Origin: Pirellulales bacterium
Lineage (GTDB): Bacteria; Planctomycetota; Planctomycetia; Pirellulales; JADZDJ01
Assembly (NCBI GenBank): GCA_963716135.1
Contig: OY970289.1
Span: 3,256,274-3,320,273 of the forward strand
Reading direction: 5' to 3'
DNA: 64,000 nucleotides
Shown: positions 40,337 to 49,289 of the stretch, in pieces
How the letters are laid out: every line of letters starts with the position of its first letter
Position numbering within the stretch: position 1 is the stretch's first letter
Made by a program: the position numbers and the translations under genes
The notes under the pieces: generated by a model
The model's database searches: none
The model's input: the letters and a program-made list of their open reading frames with translations, nothing else
Told to the model about the DNA's origin: nothing

Positions 40337-40864
40337 TTATCCGCCGCGCAATGCGCCGAACGCGGCTTGACGATCCGGTGGCTCCGGCGGGATATACGGC
40401 GGCGATTCCGCGAACAAATCGAGCAATTGTAAGCGGGTCGCTGACAGCCGTTCCCCCAAGGTCATGGCAACTTGGCGCATCAACTGGTAGCCGAACGCAT
40501 AGTTGCCTTCACACGCTTGTATCACGTCGGTCGCGGAAACCACAATCACTTCAGTATCTTCCAGCGCTGTGGCGGTAGCCGTCATGCGACCGCCCCCCAA
40601 CAGCGCCGACCAGGCGATGAGATCTCCGGGGCCCAGCGATAGAATTCGGGAACTGCCCCTGCCCGGCACGTGCATATCTAAGGCGACGCGACCGACGGCA
40701 ATGACCATCAGGTCATCGTTCCGGCCCCCTTCGGAAAAGAGTCGGCTGGCGGCGGGGAAGTTGCGAAATTGCGCGGCGGCAGCCAATCCTGCCAGTGTAT
40801 TGTCCGGCAGCGATGCAGCAAATCTCAGTTTGCCAAGCGATTGGACAAGTAGCTGCATATCCAT
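40337..40864 (-). CDS. stand-alone cyclic-nucleotide-binding domain protein (no HTH)
   Basis: 175 aa with the cNMP-binding beta-barrel pattern (LFSEGG..DDLMVIAVGRV, LGPGDLIAWSALL). It is the first gene of the hydrogenase operon. Confidence 0.8.
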   Translation of the reverse strand: MDMQLLVQSLGKLRFAASLPDNTLAGLAAAAQFRNFPAASRLFSEGGRNDDLMVIAVGRVALDMHVPGRGSSRILSLGPGDLIAWSALLGGGRMTATATALEDTEVIVVSATDVIQACEGNYAFGYQLMRQVAMTLGERLSATRLQLLDLFAESPPYIPPEPPDRQAAFGALRGG

Positions 40865-40952
40865 GTGATTAGAATGACCGACGGAAAACTGTTATGGTTG
40901 TCGGTACTGCAAGTTGTTGTCGGTGCTGCGAGTTGTTATTGTCGCCTTTCAA
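40865..40952 (-). promoter_or_regulatory. hydrogenase-operon upstream region: -10-like TCTAATCAC next to the start codon plus three tandem ~17-21-nt direct repeats
   Basis: Plus strand: gttgtcggtactgcaa / gttgttgtcggtgctgcga / gttgttattgtcgcctttcaa (40897-40952). Sense strand next to the ATG: CCGTCGGTCATTCTAATCACATGGATATG. Confidence 0.45.
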
Positions 40953-41072
40953 GCGGATTTAGCAAGTGTCGTCAGACGCACGGACGAATTGGGATTCCAC
41001 CGCACCCTAAACCGCAGTGCGAAAGAAGGCGTAACAAAGTTCCATTGGAAATCGCCTAACGAGATTAAGAAC

Positions 41073-41363
41073 GTGTCGCAAGAAATCCATTCTGTCGAAT
41101 CAGCCCACGATTTGTTGCGAGTTCGTCGCGGACCGCTGGAAGTATTTGTACGTCCGCGCAGCATAGCAATTATCGGCGCTACAGAGAAAATCGGCGGCGT
41201 CGGGCACTCGCTAGCGACAAATCTTCTCGACGGTCCGTTCGGCGAACGTGTCTGGCTGATCAATCCGAAGCACAAGACGTTGTTGAATCGAACGTGCTAT
41301 TCGTCAGTCGCTGAACTTCCGACGCCTGCCGACTTGGCAATTATTGCCGTGCCGGCAGGTGTC
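41073..41363 (+). pseudogene. N-terminal fragment of an ADP-forming acetyl-CoA synthetase / CoA-binding protein
   Basis: RSIAIIGATEKIGGVGH..VWLINPKH..ELPTPADLAIIAVPA is the CoA-binding Rossmann N-terminus. The rest of track ORF 40914-41681 has no such similarity and looks non-coding. Confidence 0.5.
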
Positions 41364-41710
41364 AAGATGAGAAAGCACACGTTCAAGAGGTGCAAGAGTG
41401 ATTCGTCGCGTATGTTTAACGCTATTTATGCCCGGATCCATCTCGGCTGTGGGCCGCAAGCAGAGCATTCCGCCAACGGACCTGAGGACCGGCAGCGACA
41501 TGTTGCCCTGAAACCGATTGGCAGCGCACCCGAGGCCGAAGGCAAAGCCACTAAGGTTGAACCGCAGAAGGTCATGCTCCGATTGCCCAAATACAGGCGG
41601 GCACTCCGGGCGAAAGTCCAGTTACCGTCGCGAACACGGCGATTGTCTCGAGGAACATGCGCGAGACTGGCAGGAATCTGAAAAACATTCGTTTTTCGAC
41701 GCGACCACAG

Positions 41711-41890
41711 GAGCGAATTCTGCGGCTCAGCCGAACTAATCGGCCAGTGTCATCAAACGGTTGAGTATCCGGGGCGCGATCTCTGTCTCATAAACACGGC
41801 TTCATAGTCGCATGACTTCCCGGGCGCGAAATCCGTCCCGAAAACTCGGTCGTTTTTTTGGACAATTGAGAAACGGGTAGGTTGTTGAGA
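41711..41890 (+). repeat. Rep-A repeat, full copy with internally duplicated middle module
   Basis: gagcgaattctgcggctcagcc..cagtgtcatcaaacggttgagtatccggggcgcgatctctgtctcataaacacgg..gacttcccgggcgcgaaatccgtcccgaaaactcggtcgtttttttggacaattgagaaacgggtaggttgttgagac. Confidence 0.8.
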
Positions 41891-41926
41891 CAAAGGTTCC
41901 GAGATAAGCATTTAAACAGCCGTTTA

Positions 41927-44805
41927 CTATTGCTCGGGAATCGGAAACCAGCATCCCTTTCCCCAGGCCACATATCGAGGCAGTTCTTCCGAGCTACCCA
42001 ACATCGCGTAGTAGTAAATTGTGCTGTCGTTAGCATCTTGAGGATGTAGATTTTCCCAATGTCGCACCCATAGATTTCGTCCAGTGCACCAGATGCAAGG
42101 CATTCCCGGCGTCAGCGGCGCGGCGTTTTCGCTGGAACTATCCTTGGCCGCGGCTTCGAGTTGTTTGGCCTCCAATGCAGTCTCCGGTTTGGGTAATCCG
42201 TCGCGGAAATAAACAAAAGGCAGCGCCGCATAGGGGTCGAGCGGCACTTTGTCGAAGTATGTGCCTTTCAACTCTGCTAGCGTTTGCGGCAATGTGCCGT
42301 GCTCCAGTCGATACGCCTCGAGCGCCAAAATGATCATGGTGGCCCGGCGAGCCGTTTCAAACTTGGCAAGCACTCGCGGCGCTTCATTGCAGAAGTACGA
42401 AAACTGCGCCGCCCATGTCGCGGTGATCGGCATCCGATACCAATAGAACAGATCGCCGTGATAAAATCCGGCGATTGCCGTGCCGCTATCTAACATTAGC
42501 TGGATCTGCAACAGTTTGGATAGTCCGTCCTGGGAGAGGCGATTGAGCTCGCGCAACCTGCGATATTTCTCCCAAGGCATGAGTGTGCGCAGTAGGGAGT
42601 CCTGGAACACCAGTGCATTGCCTACATTGCCGCTGAAAAAGGCTTGCAGCAGCGATTCATCGTGGGAGATTCCACGATCTTCAACGATGTATTCGCGCTT
42701 CAGGCCGTCGGCGAGGTGTAAGATGCCCCCGCCGACTGCTTTCAGCTTTTCAATCGCAGTGCGGATTTGCGCGGGCGTCTGGCCTTTCTGCGCCGCCCAA
42801 GTGGGAAGTTCGTCAAGGATGTCGTCGGCCTGCTTAACACAGATTACTGTTAGCCACGCGGACGAAAACTGCGAGAATTGCGAAACCATTCGCAGCGCAG
42901 CAATGTAATGTTCCAGCGCCTCAGCGAATTTTCCCTGGGACGTCAGCGTTTGCCCGCTGCGAAACAACAGCCGGATCAAATCTATCGGCAACTCAGATCC
43001 GTTGTACAATGCGCCTGCTTCGTTGAATGCGCAGGACTCGCGCCGGCTAACGGCCAGCAATTTTGGGATTAATTCGGCATTTACTTCCACCCATTGTTGG
43101 TGCCAGGCGGCGTATCTGCGGCTCGATTCCGCCGCCGATTCCGGTTGGGCGTCTGTTATCTCTCCCGATTGCCCACTCGTTGAATCAACTAGGGGCCGCG
43201 GAACGTCTTTGATTTGTGCAGCGAGCTGCCGATAAAGCAAGGCGGTTTCTCTGGCTTCGGGCGTAATGCCCGACAGGTACTCGGCCGGATTAAAGCCCGG
43301 CGAGACCAATGGAACCGAATAAACGCGAACCAGGGGCACAGCAATCAAGAGAGCTGTTGCCGGAACAAGGACGGCTGCGGCAGCTTTGAAGCGAGCGCGC
43401 CAAGTCGTGTTTTCGCGGATCCAATCCGGCGCCCGCAACCAGGTGGCGCACAATAGCACCAGCGGAATCGGCGCGACGGACCAGGTCCAAGAAATATGCA
43501 GAAGAGTCATCAAACTGGCCCAGCTGCAAAGCACAGCGGCCAGCAATACGCCGGTGAACCCCGCCAACAGGCCGCTACGGAGGAACATCGAGGTCCATTG
43601 TCCGGCAGCATAGGCAAGCCCGATGCTGGTGAAAATGAGCAGTGCCGTGTTCAGTAGCTCCAGCCGCGAGCGGTCGTCGAGCCCATGAAGTCTTGGAAGT
43701 GCGAACTTGGAATAACCCATCGACCAGATGAACCCGATCAGGGTCGACACCAGCAGCGCGAATAGCCACGGAATCTGACGCGATATCCATACCAGTCGCG
43801 GCGGCACGTTGTGTTCGACAAAAAAACGGAAGCGATGCCCTTCTTGATCCGCCCGAAATACAAACGCACCCATCAGTACTGCCAGCACGGGTGTGAGAAG
43901 AATTCCCACTGACTCCGGGATGCCGATCACGGCAGCGATCGACAACGAGGTCAGCAGAATCATCAGCCTGCCGGATTGCCGCAAGTGCTGCCAAGTGAGA
44001 TGGGCTAGCATCGTCGGTCGTTCCGGCGTCGCAAGAGCAACATGGACGTGCGCGATGTCGCTTGGCGATGAAGCAGTCGGCGGCGCGGCAGCAATGGCGC
44101 TGACTTGGCCTGTTGCGCGCTTTTGGCGATGCCTGCCGTGCAACCAGTTCAGACCGAGATAGACATCGATTGCTCCCACAATCAAGGCGACCAGCACGCG
44201 CAAGGGAACAGCTCGGGCGTAGGCAGCCAGTTCAAATCCAAAATGTCGCTGGCCGTGACTCGCCAGCAGGTGCGTGATTGTCGAACCGATCGTTACGGCC
44301 AAACAGATCGAGAGCAGCGGCCGCGCGGTGATAAGTGAGAACAGCGTTCCCCAGACAATCGCTTCCAGCGCCGCAATGAGCCACAATCCCAGCATGTTCC
44401 TTAGCAGTTCACTCTGGGCGTCTGGAAACATCCGATCGAGCGCTGGCGTTGCATGTCCAGTAATCCACATCGCCGCCAGCCAGAGCACCAAATACATCGC
44501 CACGCTCGCCAACACGGTCAGCAGCAGCTTGCTAATGAATAGTTGCTGCGAGCTGATCGGGATTGCTCGCAAACATTCGAAAGTGCCGTCCTCCTTTTCA
44601 ATCGCAAAGGCAGTTCCCGCGCAGCCCAAGGCAAATAGCGCGGCGCCAGCAGTGCAAGGTGAAATTGGGGCACGGCATCCTGCACATGGATGGTGACGGC
44701 CGTAAGCCATTGAATGAAGATCACCAATACCACCAGGCACAGCCAGAACAGCCGGATGGCGCGGTATTCCTTCCACATTAGTCGCACGTAGGGCGCAAAG
44801 TTCAT
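41927..44805 (-). CDS. ABC-2-type permease fused to further TM segments and a large C-terminal soluble domain; frame interrupted once as given
   Basis: The start MNFAPYVRLMWKEYRAIRLFW (ORF 44518-44805, ATGA overlap with the ATPase gene) continues into ORF 41927-44776 at ..ALFALGCAGTAFAIEKEDGTFECL. The shift is near 44640-44660. There are at least 12 hydrophobic segments. Confidence 0.7.
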
Positions 44806-45734
44806 GAAACAGGCACCTCGGCGGCTGCGGCGGGCGCGCTGTCGAGCGGCTCGGCCGATTTCAAATACGCCACGAAGATTTCTTCGAGACTGGGCGTGCG
44901 AATGCGCAATTCTTCCACGCCGGCTTGCGTGCGAAGCGCTTCCAAATTACTTTCACTCATCCCGCGCACCAACACCTGCCACTGTTTTTGAAAGCGCCGC
45001 TGCCCCAATACCGCTCCGTTGATTGGCGGAGTCGGTCCTGTGCCGTTTGTCAGCGTGAGACTCAGTTCGCGGATCTGATCTTTCAAATCTTCCAGGCGAT
45101 CGACCAACAGCAAATTGCCGGCGCGGATGATGGCAATTATGTCGGCCACCCGTTCCACTTCGCCGATCTGATGGCTGGAAAGCAGCACGGTTCGGCCGGC
45201 GGCGGCGATATCGACCATGCCTTCCAAAAACTCGCGGCGCACAAGCGTATCCAAGCCGGAAGTCGGTTCGTCGAGCACCAGCACTTCCGGTTCATGTGCC
45301 AAGGCCAGCGACAGCGACACTTTTGCCCTCATCCCTTTGGACAAGCTCTTGATTTTGCGCTTCAACGGTAATTGATAACCGGTGACCAGCTTCAGATATC
45401 GTTCAAAAAAGCCACTGCCGTAAAATCCGGCGGTGAACCAGCCGATTTCGCTGACCGTCATCCATTCGTAAAGCGTGGGGCGCTCGGAAACATAGCCGAC
45501 GCGGCTGCGCACGGCCTGCCCTTGGCGGCGGCTGTCGAGGCCCAGGACAGTTGCGTGTCCTTCGTCCGCATCAGTCAGGCCCAACAAGATGCGAATGGCG
45601 GTCGTCTTGCCAGCGCCGTTTTCGCCAAGCAAGGCGCACACTACGCCAGGCGGCACGTCCAACGACACGTTGTCGAGTGCCACTTTGGCGCCGTAGCGCT
45701 TGGAAACCTTCTGCAGTCGGATAACAGGTTCCAT
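44802..45734 (-). CDS. ABC transporter ATP-binding protein
   Basis: Walker A GENGAGKTT, signature LSKGMRAKV, Walker B VLVLDEPTSGLD. Confidence 0.9.
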   Translation of the reverse strand: MEPVIRLQKVSKRYGAKVALDNVSLDVPPGVVCALLGENGAGKTTAIRILLGLTDADEGHATVLGLDSRRQGQAVRSRVGYVSERPTLYEWMTVSEIGWFTAGFYGSGFFERYLKLVTGYQLPLKRKIKSLSKGMRAKVSLSLALAHEPEVLVLDEPTSGLDTLVRREFLEGMVDIAAAGRTVLLSSHQIGEVERVADIIAIIRAGNLLLVDRLEDLKDQIRELSLTLTNGTGPTPPINGAVLGQRRFQKQWQVLVRGMSESNLEALRTQAGVEELRIRTPSLEEIFVAYLKSAEPLDSAPAAAAEVPVS

Positions 45735-45736
45735 AA

Positions 45737-46126
45737 TTAATTGCCTTCTTTTTCGATAGTTCGCAATTCTCTTTGCACAAGCTCGCGTAGCCCTTGGACG
45801 TCCAATCGGCTTTGTTTGGCTTCGGTAAGCACCTGCCGCAGCCGGGCGCGGATCAGTTTCAGTCGTTCACTGCGGCACCGCTCAGCCGCCCCGGTGGCGA
45901 CCTCTAGTCCGGTGCCCCGGACAGGCTGGAGCACCGCATCGGCTTGCAGTTGGCGATAGGCTCTGGCAATGGTGTTGGGATTGATCGCCAGTTCCCGTGC
46001 CAGTTCGCGGACTGATGGGATAAGCTCGCCGGACTTTAGAAGGCCGCCGGCGACGGCAAACTTGATTTGCCGCACGATCTGATCGTACATCGCCAAGCCG
46101 TTGTGCGGATCGATCTGAAAGAACAT
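45737..46126 (-). CDS. GntR-family transcriptional regulator, short YtrA-like type
   Basis: 129 aa with wHTH SVRELARELAINPNTIARAYRQL and a short helical C-terminus. Confidence 0.9.
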   Translation of the reverse strand: MFFQIDPHNGLAMYDQIVRQIKFAVAGGLLKSGELIPSVRELARELAINPNTIARAYRQLQADAVLQPVRGTGLEVATGAAERCRSERLKLIRARLRQVLTEAKQSRLDVQGLRELVQRELRTIEKEGN

Positions 46127-46141
46127 GGCCGGCTTCCCTGT

Positions 46142-46181
46142 GTACTACCGTGATAGTACAGAGTCTCTGTACGCCCGTCAA
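46142..46181 (-). promoter_or_regulatory. sigma70-like promoter with two overlapping palindromic operators upstream of the GntR gene
   Basis: Sense strand: TTGACG-17nt-TACTAT. Palindromes GTACAGAG-A-CTCTGTAC and GTACTA-TCACGG-TAGTAC overlap the spacer and the -10. Confidence 0.6.
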
Positions 46182-46227
46182 GCAAATGGTTTAAAAAAAC
46201 CGCAAGCCGAGGAGGCAGTATGCCATG

Positions 46228-46347
46228 CTGCTCAGCCGGGACCAACTTGCCAGTGTTATCAAACACTTACGTTCCCGGCGCGCGACCTCTGTCCCAAATA
46301 AGGGGTCGTTTGACGGGTCAATCGAGAAACGGTCGAGTTGATGCGAC
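46228..46347 (+). repeat. Rep-A repeat, 3' two-thirds
   Basis: gctcagccgggaccaacttgccagtgttatcaaacacttacgttcccggcgcgcgacctctgtcccaaataaggggtcgtttgacgggtcaatcgagaaacggtcgagttgatgcgac. Confidence 0.75.
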
Positions 46348-46387
46348 AGCGGTTTGGCGGTGGGCGTGTGGTGCGGGAATTAGCGGC

Positions 46388-46645
46388 CTATGAGGAAAAT
46401 TTCTGGCGGCCTTTGATTCTTGCGCGAACGCGGCGGACTCGGAGAATTCGCCGGACCGAACCGTAAGCGCCTAGGACGACACAGGCGGTACCGATGACAA
46501 AGTAGCCATACTTCGCAACCATGGGGTTTCCTTGGATTCCAAAACGCCTTCCCCAGTGGATATTGGGTACGAAGAAAGGCAAAAGCATCATCCCGAGCGA
46601 GAGCAGGAAGAACACGTAAATGAACGGGATTGGCCGCAGGCGCAT
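46388..46645 (-). CDS. array gene 1: small 2-TM protein with Arg-rich tail
   Basis: MRLRPIPFIYVFFLLSLGMMLLPFF..YFVIGTACVVLGAYG..RRILRVRRVRARIKGRQ. The start was moved to the ATG that follows the junction element. Confidence 0.5.
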   Translation of the reverse strand: MRLRPIPFIYVFFLLSLGMMLLPFFVPNIHWGRRFGIQGNPMVAKYGYFVIGTACVVLGAYGSVRRILRVRRVRARIKGRQKFSS

Positions 46646-46680
46646 GATGTAGCCGCTGGGCACGGATTCTAATCGCCGGT
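46646..46680 (-). promoter_or_regulatory. junction element (JE), short variant
   Basis: Sense: GATTAGAATCCGTGCCCAGCGGCTACATCATG. Confidence 0.5.
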
Positions 46681-46707
46681 AGTAGGTCAGTCTAATTCCG
46701 AGAATTT

Positions 46708-46980
46708 TTAGTGGTGATGCTCAGACCACCAAGCTGCGATACCGAGCAGCGCCAGCGTTCCGACGAATATGGCACAATGGATGAAACATAACTTCCGCTC
46801 TCGAAGGCCTTTCTCAGTGAGGTCATCTGGGCGAAATAAATACGTCATCGGATTTTCTCTGTCGCCGGGCCAATAGGGTAATCCTGGTTTTCTGTTCGCC
46901 ACCGCACGGCTGGCGTAGGATACTGCTTGTAGCGAGCTGAGAAAAAACATAACAAAAAGTATTGCGTCAATCTTCGGCAT
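46708..46980 (-). CDS. array gene 2: small 2-TM protein
   Basis: MPKIDAILFVMFFLSSLQAV..CFIHCAIFVGTLALLGIAAWW. ATG at 46980, after the JE. Confidence 0.5.
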   Translation of the reverse strand: MPKIDAILFVMFFLSSLQAVSYASRAVANRKPGLPYWPGDRENPMTYLFRPDDLTEKGLRERKLCFIHCAIFVGTLALLGIAAWWSEHHH

Positions 46981-47033
46981 CGGATTGCCCGCATTGTACG
47001 TGATGGGCGAGGGAAGTTGAGCGGGCTGCCGGA
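46981..47033 (-). promoter_or_regulatory. junction element (JE), short variant
   Basis: Sense, from the upstream stop: TAATCCGGCAGCCCGCTCAACTTCCCTCGCCCATCACGTACAATGCGGGCAATCCGATG. Confidence 0.55.
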
Positions 47034-47222
47034 TTAGAGAAAGCCACGAACCACCACGCCACAAAACATTGTCAACATGCCACCGCCGAGCAAATACAGA
47101 CTTGGCAGGCGGCTCAGTTCGGTGTTCGGCGGCCAGTCCATGCGACCGAAAAATACGATTGCCGCATAGGCGCTAACTAGCATTCCTAGGACCATTACGG
47201 CAGTTGCCAATTTCTTCGACAT
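47034..47222 (-). CDS. array gene 3: 62-aa 2-TM protein
   Basis: MSKKLATAVMVLGMLVSAYAAIVFF..LYLLGGGMLTMFCGVVVRGFL. ATG at 47222 after GGGGGAGAAATGAA. Confidence 0.5.
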   Translation of the reverse strand: MSKKLATAVMVLGMLVSAYAAIVFFGRMDWPPNTELSRLPSLYLLGGGMLTMFCGVVVRGFL

Positions 47223-47327
47223 TTCATTTCTCCCCCACGCGGCGGCAGGGTAATTGCAGCCGATTGCTAGTCGGCCTATTCGAGGGTCGTGGTGCATTAT
47301 CTGTGGGGAAGTTGAGCAAGCCGGTTT
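47223..47327 (-). promoter_or_regulatory. junction element (JE), long variant with a ~45-nt insertion
   Basis: Sense: GCTCAACTTCCCC..GCCGACTAGCAATCGGCTGCAATTACCCTGCCGCCGCGTGGGGGAGAAATGAAATG. Confidence 0.6.
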
Positions 47328-47714
47328 TCACCCAAGCGGCGGCTTCGGGCGGAACAGACGAAATAAGAGCCATGTAAAAAGAATGGACACGAGTAATTGC
47401 AACACACCCCACAGCGCCTGATTCTGCTCGGTCTGGTTTGCTGAGCTAATCGCCGCGTTGACACCGGCAAACAGCATCACCAACAGAAAACCGCTCGCGC
47501 CCGCCCGCATCATCCACGATGCCTGAGCTTTATACGAAGAGCAATAGTGAACGGCCACGCCCGCAGTAAGCAAGCACCATGCAGCAAAGCCGCTGAGGAC
47601 CGTTAAAAGATTTATGACCGCTTTCGGAGTCGAAGTATCCACTTGACTTGTCAAATGGATCTGACAACCAGATATGGTCCCAATGAGGACGGCAATGGCG
47701 ATGCTTTTTCTCAT
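47328..47714 (-). CDS. array gene 4: lipoprotein-signal membrane protein
   Basis: MRKSIAIAVLIGTISGC lipobox, then three hydrophobic segments. Confidence 0.55.
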   Translation of the reverse strand: MRKSIAIAVLIGTISGCQIHLTSQVDTSTPKAVINLLTVLSGFAAWCLLTAGVAVHYCSSYKAQASWMMRAGASGFLLVMLFAGVNAAISSANQTEQNQALWGVLQLLVSILFTWLLFRLFRPKPPLG

Positions 47715-47794
47715 GGCTCTCCCCACGCGGCCATCTCCGCATTATAGCCGACGGGCACGGGGGATGAGGCGGGGCGGTGGGTAGTATCGCTGCG
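47715..47794 (-). promoter_or_regulatory. junction element (JE)
   Basis: Sense: CTCATCCCCCGTGCCCGTCGGCTATAATGCGGAGATGGCCGCGTGGGGAGAGCCATG. Confidence 0.6.
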
Positions 47795-47953
47795 TTAAGG
47801 CGACCGACCACGTTCGATGATCGCGTTGGCGATGATGCCACCGGCGATAAGGACAGACCCCGAAATGCCCAGCGACCAGTAGGGATTGAATGGATTCGCC
47901 AGAAAGCAAATCAGACCCACCACAATCGATACGTTCGCAAAAACTTTCGTCAT
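47795..47953 (-). CDS. array gene 5: 52-aa 2-TM protein (below the ORF-track size cut-off)
   Basis: My translation gives MTKVFANVSIVVGLICFLANPFNPYWSLGISGSVLIAGGIIANAIIERGRSP*. It sits exactly between two JE copies. Confidence 0.45.
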   Translation of the reverse strand: MTKVFANVSIVVGLICFLANPFNPYWSLGISGSVLIAGGIIANAIIERGRSP

Positions 47954-48043
47954 GGCTCCGAACTCCTGAATGTGCCACGCGGCGGCAGGGTGTGATTGTA
48001 GCCGATGGGCGGCATATGCCTTATCAGTGCCGTTGCTGCCCCG
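47954..48043 (-). promoter_or_regulatory. junction element (JE), long variant
   Basis: Sense: GCCGCCCATCGGCTACAATCACACCCTGCCGCCGCGTGGCACATTCAGGAGTTCGGAGCCATG. Confidence 0.6.
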
Positions 48044-48244
48044 TTATTGTCGGCGCTGCCAGCGGGCCAAAGCAATTAAGCCGCCAATCACCGAAAAATA
48101 AAGGGCAGCAATCACTGCGTTGAATAGGTGTACTGAAACGTCCGGCAACTCGTTGTAAATGAGGGACATTATTAGACCGACGCAGGCCCCAATTGAGGCC
48201 GCACAGAGAACAATCCATCCGGCGAATTTTGGTTTGCTATTCAT
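48044..48244 (-). CDS. array gene 6: 66-aa 2-TM protein
   Basis: MNSKPKFAGWIVLCAASIGACVGLIMSLIY..LFNAVIAALYFSVIGGLIALARWQRRQ. Confidence 0.5.
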   Translation of the reverse strand: MNSKPKFAGWIVLCAASIGACVGLIMSLIYNELPDVSVHLFNAVIAALYFSVIGGLIALARWQRRQ

Positions 48245-48314
48245 TACACCGTCCCCCACGCGGCGGCAGCGTGATTATAGCGGACGGCGAAAGGCACGAG
48301 AGTTGAGCGGTCGG
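48245..48314 (-). promoter_or_regulatory. junction element (JE), long variant, fills the whole intergenic gap
   Basis: Sense, from the upstream stop: TGACCGACCGCTCAACTCTCGTGCCTTTCGCCGTCCGCTATAATCACGCTGCCGCCGCGTGGGGGACGGTGTAATG. Confidence 0.65.
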
Positions 48315-48602
48315 TCATTGCTTTAAGCCATGCCGCTTTGCCCATTCCTCATTCCAGCCGTAAATCTTTACGTGAGAAACTTCGTGCACTTCGTATGGCT
48401 GATCCTTGAGCTTAGATTCGGTAAGTTCATTACGTCCTGCGGTCGGTGAAAACAAGTGTATATGCGGGCAGTCGTTTTTGAGTAGCTGGTCACGGAGCAC
48501 GTTGAGTTCGCTCAACAGTAGCTCTACGCCCGCAAGGTCGGCGTGGACGGATACCATTGAGCCCGTCTCGTCCGTAACAAAGCTAAGTAAGTGATTGGCC
48601 AT
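48315..48602 (-). CDS. array gene 7: 95-aa soluble protein, possibly immunity-protein-like
   Basis: MANHLLSFVTDETGSMVSVHADLAGVELLLSELNVLRDQLLKNDCPHIHLFSPTAGRNELTES.. has no TM segment. The HIHL..G..EL pattern reminds me of a polymorphic-toxin immunity family, from memory and unverified. Confidence 0.5.
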   Translation of the reverse strand: MANHLLSFVTDETGSMVSVHADLAGVELLLSELNVLRDQLLKNDCPHIHLFSPTAGRNELTESKLKDQPYEVHEVSHVKIYGWNEEWAKRHGLKQ

Positions 48603-48650
48603 TGTTTCCTCCCCACGCGGCGGCAGGGTGATTGTAGCTGGGGGGCGATT
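48603..48650 (-). promoter_or_regulatory. junction element (JE), long variant
   Basis: Sense: CCCCCCAGCTACAATCACCCTGCCGCCGCGTGGGGAGGAAACAATG. Confidence 0.65.
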
Positions 48651-48811
48651 TCGCTGCCATTTTCTATTATGGCCCGCGCTCCTGGCAAAGCGGCTGATCC
48701 GTTATCGGAAGTGATTCTTCCATTCAATCTCAGAGTCTGGATCGACCTTATCGGGCGGACCACCAGACACTAGATAACGCAACGAGTCTGCTGATCTGAT
48801 TCCAATGCCCG

Positions 48812-49183
48812 TCAGGCGATTTTTGTGGAAGAGTAGAACCAAAAACCAGTTCGTTGCACCAAATTCGTACGGGTTTGGATGATAGATACGGCGTTGTCTT
48901 CATCTAAATTGTATTCAATCCGCGTCAAAGGCGAGCCGCTACATAGAGCATCGATCTTACTAGCACACTCTAAGTAATTCATCCCAAGGCCAACTTCTCT
49001 GGATGCAATCAATAGTTCAGTTCGGTGAGCGAGTTGGCTCGCAAGTCGGCGCGTTTGTAAGTAGAGAAAAGCTGTGATGCAAAACCAAAATAACAGGCCA
49101 GCATATAGAAGAAGTTTGCCTCGAGAGGTCACGATGCGTCTTAGCGGTGTATGCGTCAGTTTTCTATACCCGCTGATTCTCAT
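48812..49183 (-). CDS. array gene 8: N-terminally anchored hypothetical protein
   Basis: 123 aa with TM segment LLLYAGLLFWFCITAFLYL followed by a soluble domain. Confidence 0.45.
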   Translation of the reverse strand: MRISGYRKLTHTPLRRIVTSRGKLLLYAGLLFWFCITAFLYLQTRRLASQLAHRTELLIASREVGLGMNYLECASKIDALCSGSPLTRIEYNLDEDNAVSIIQTRTNLVQRTGFWFYSSTKIA

Positions 49184-49289
49184 GCATCACCAGCGCCCGC
49201 AGGTAATTAGGGGCTTTGCCCGGCACATCTCATTTGCCCGACAATTTTTGCGGCTGCCCGGAATAATCAACGGGCTCAGTTGAGCGAGT
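49184..49289 (-). promoter_or_regulatory. junction element (JE), degenerate
   Basis: Sense: TAGACTCGCTCAACTGAGCCC...CCTAATTACCTGCGGGCGCTGGTGATGCATG. It keeps the GCTCAACT box and a weak AATTACCTGCGG core. Confidence 0.35.

Noticed and set aside
40897-40952. CRISPR array, here or anywhere in the window
   Set aside because: There are only three imperfect 17-21 nt tandem units without spacers. No regularly spaced repeat of CRISPR size and no cas genes are seen in the window.
40914-41681. 255-aa plus-strand ORF taken at face value
   Set aside because: Only residues ~54-150 (41073-41363) carry the CoA-binding signature. The first 53 codons lie over the tandem repeats of the hydrogenase promoter region. 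The last ~100 codons are Arg/Lys-rich with no similarity, so I call a truncated remnant instead.
48603-48650. RBS-sequestering hairpin in the JE leader (CCCUGC-CGCCGC-GUGGGG)
   Set aside because: The pairing needs two G-U pairs. In other copies the best stem shifts, for example CACGC/GCGUG at 48245-48314. The short-variant JEs lack the segment entirely. There is no consistent covariation, so I do not call a structure.
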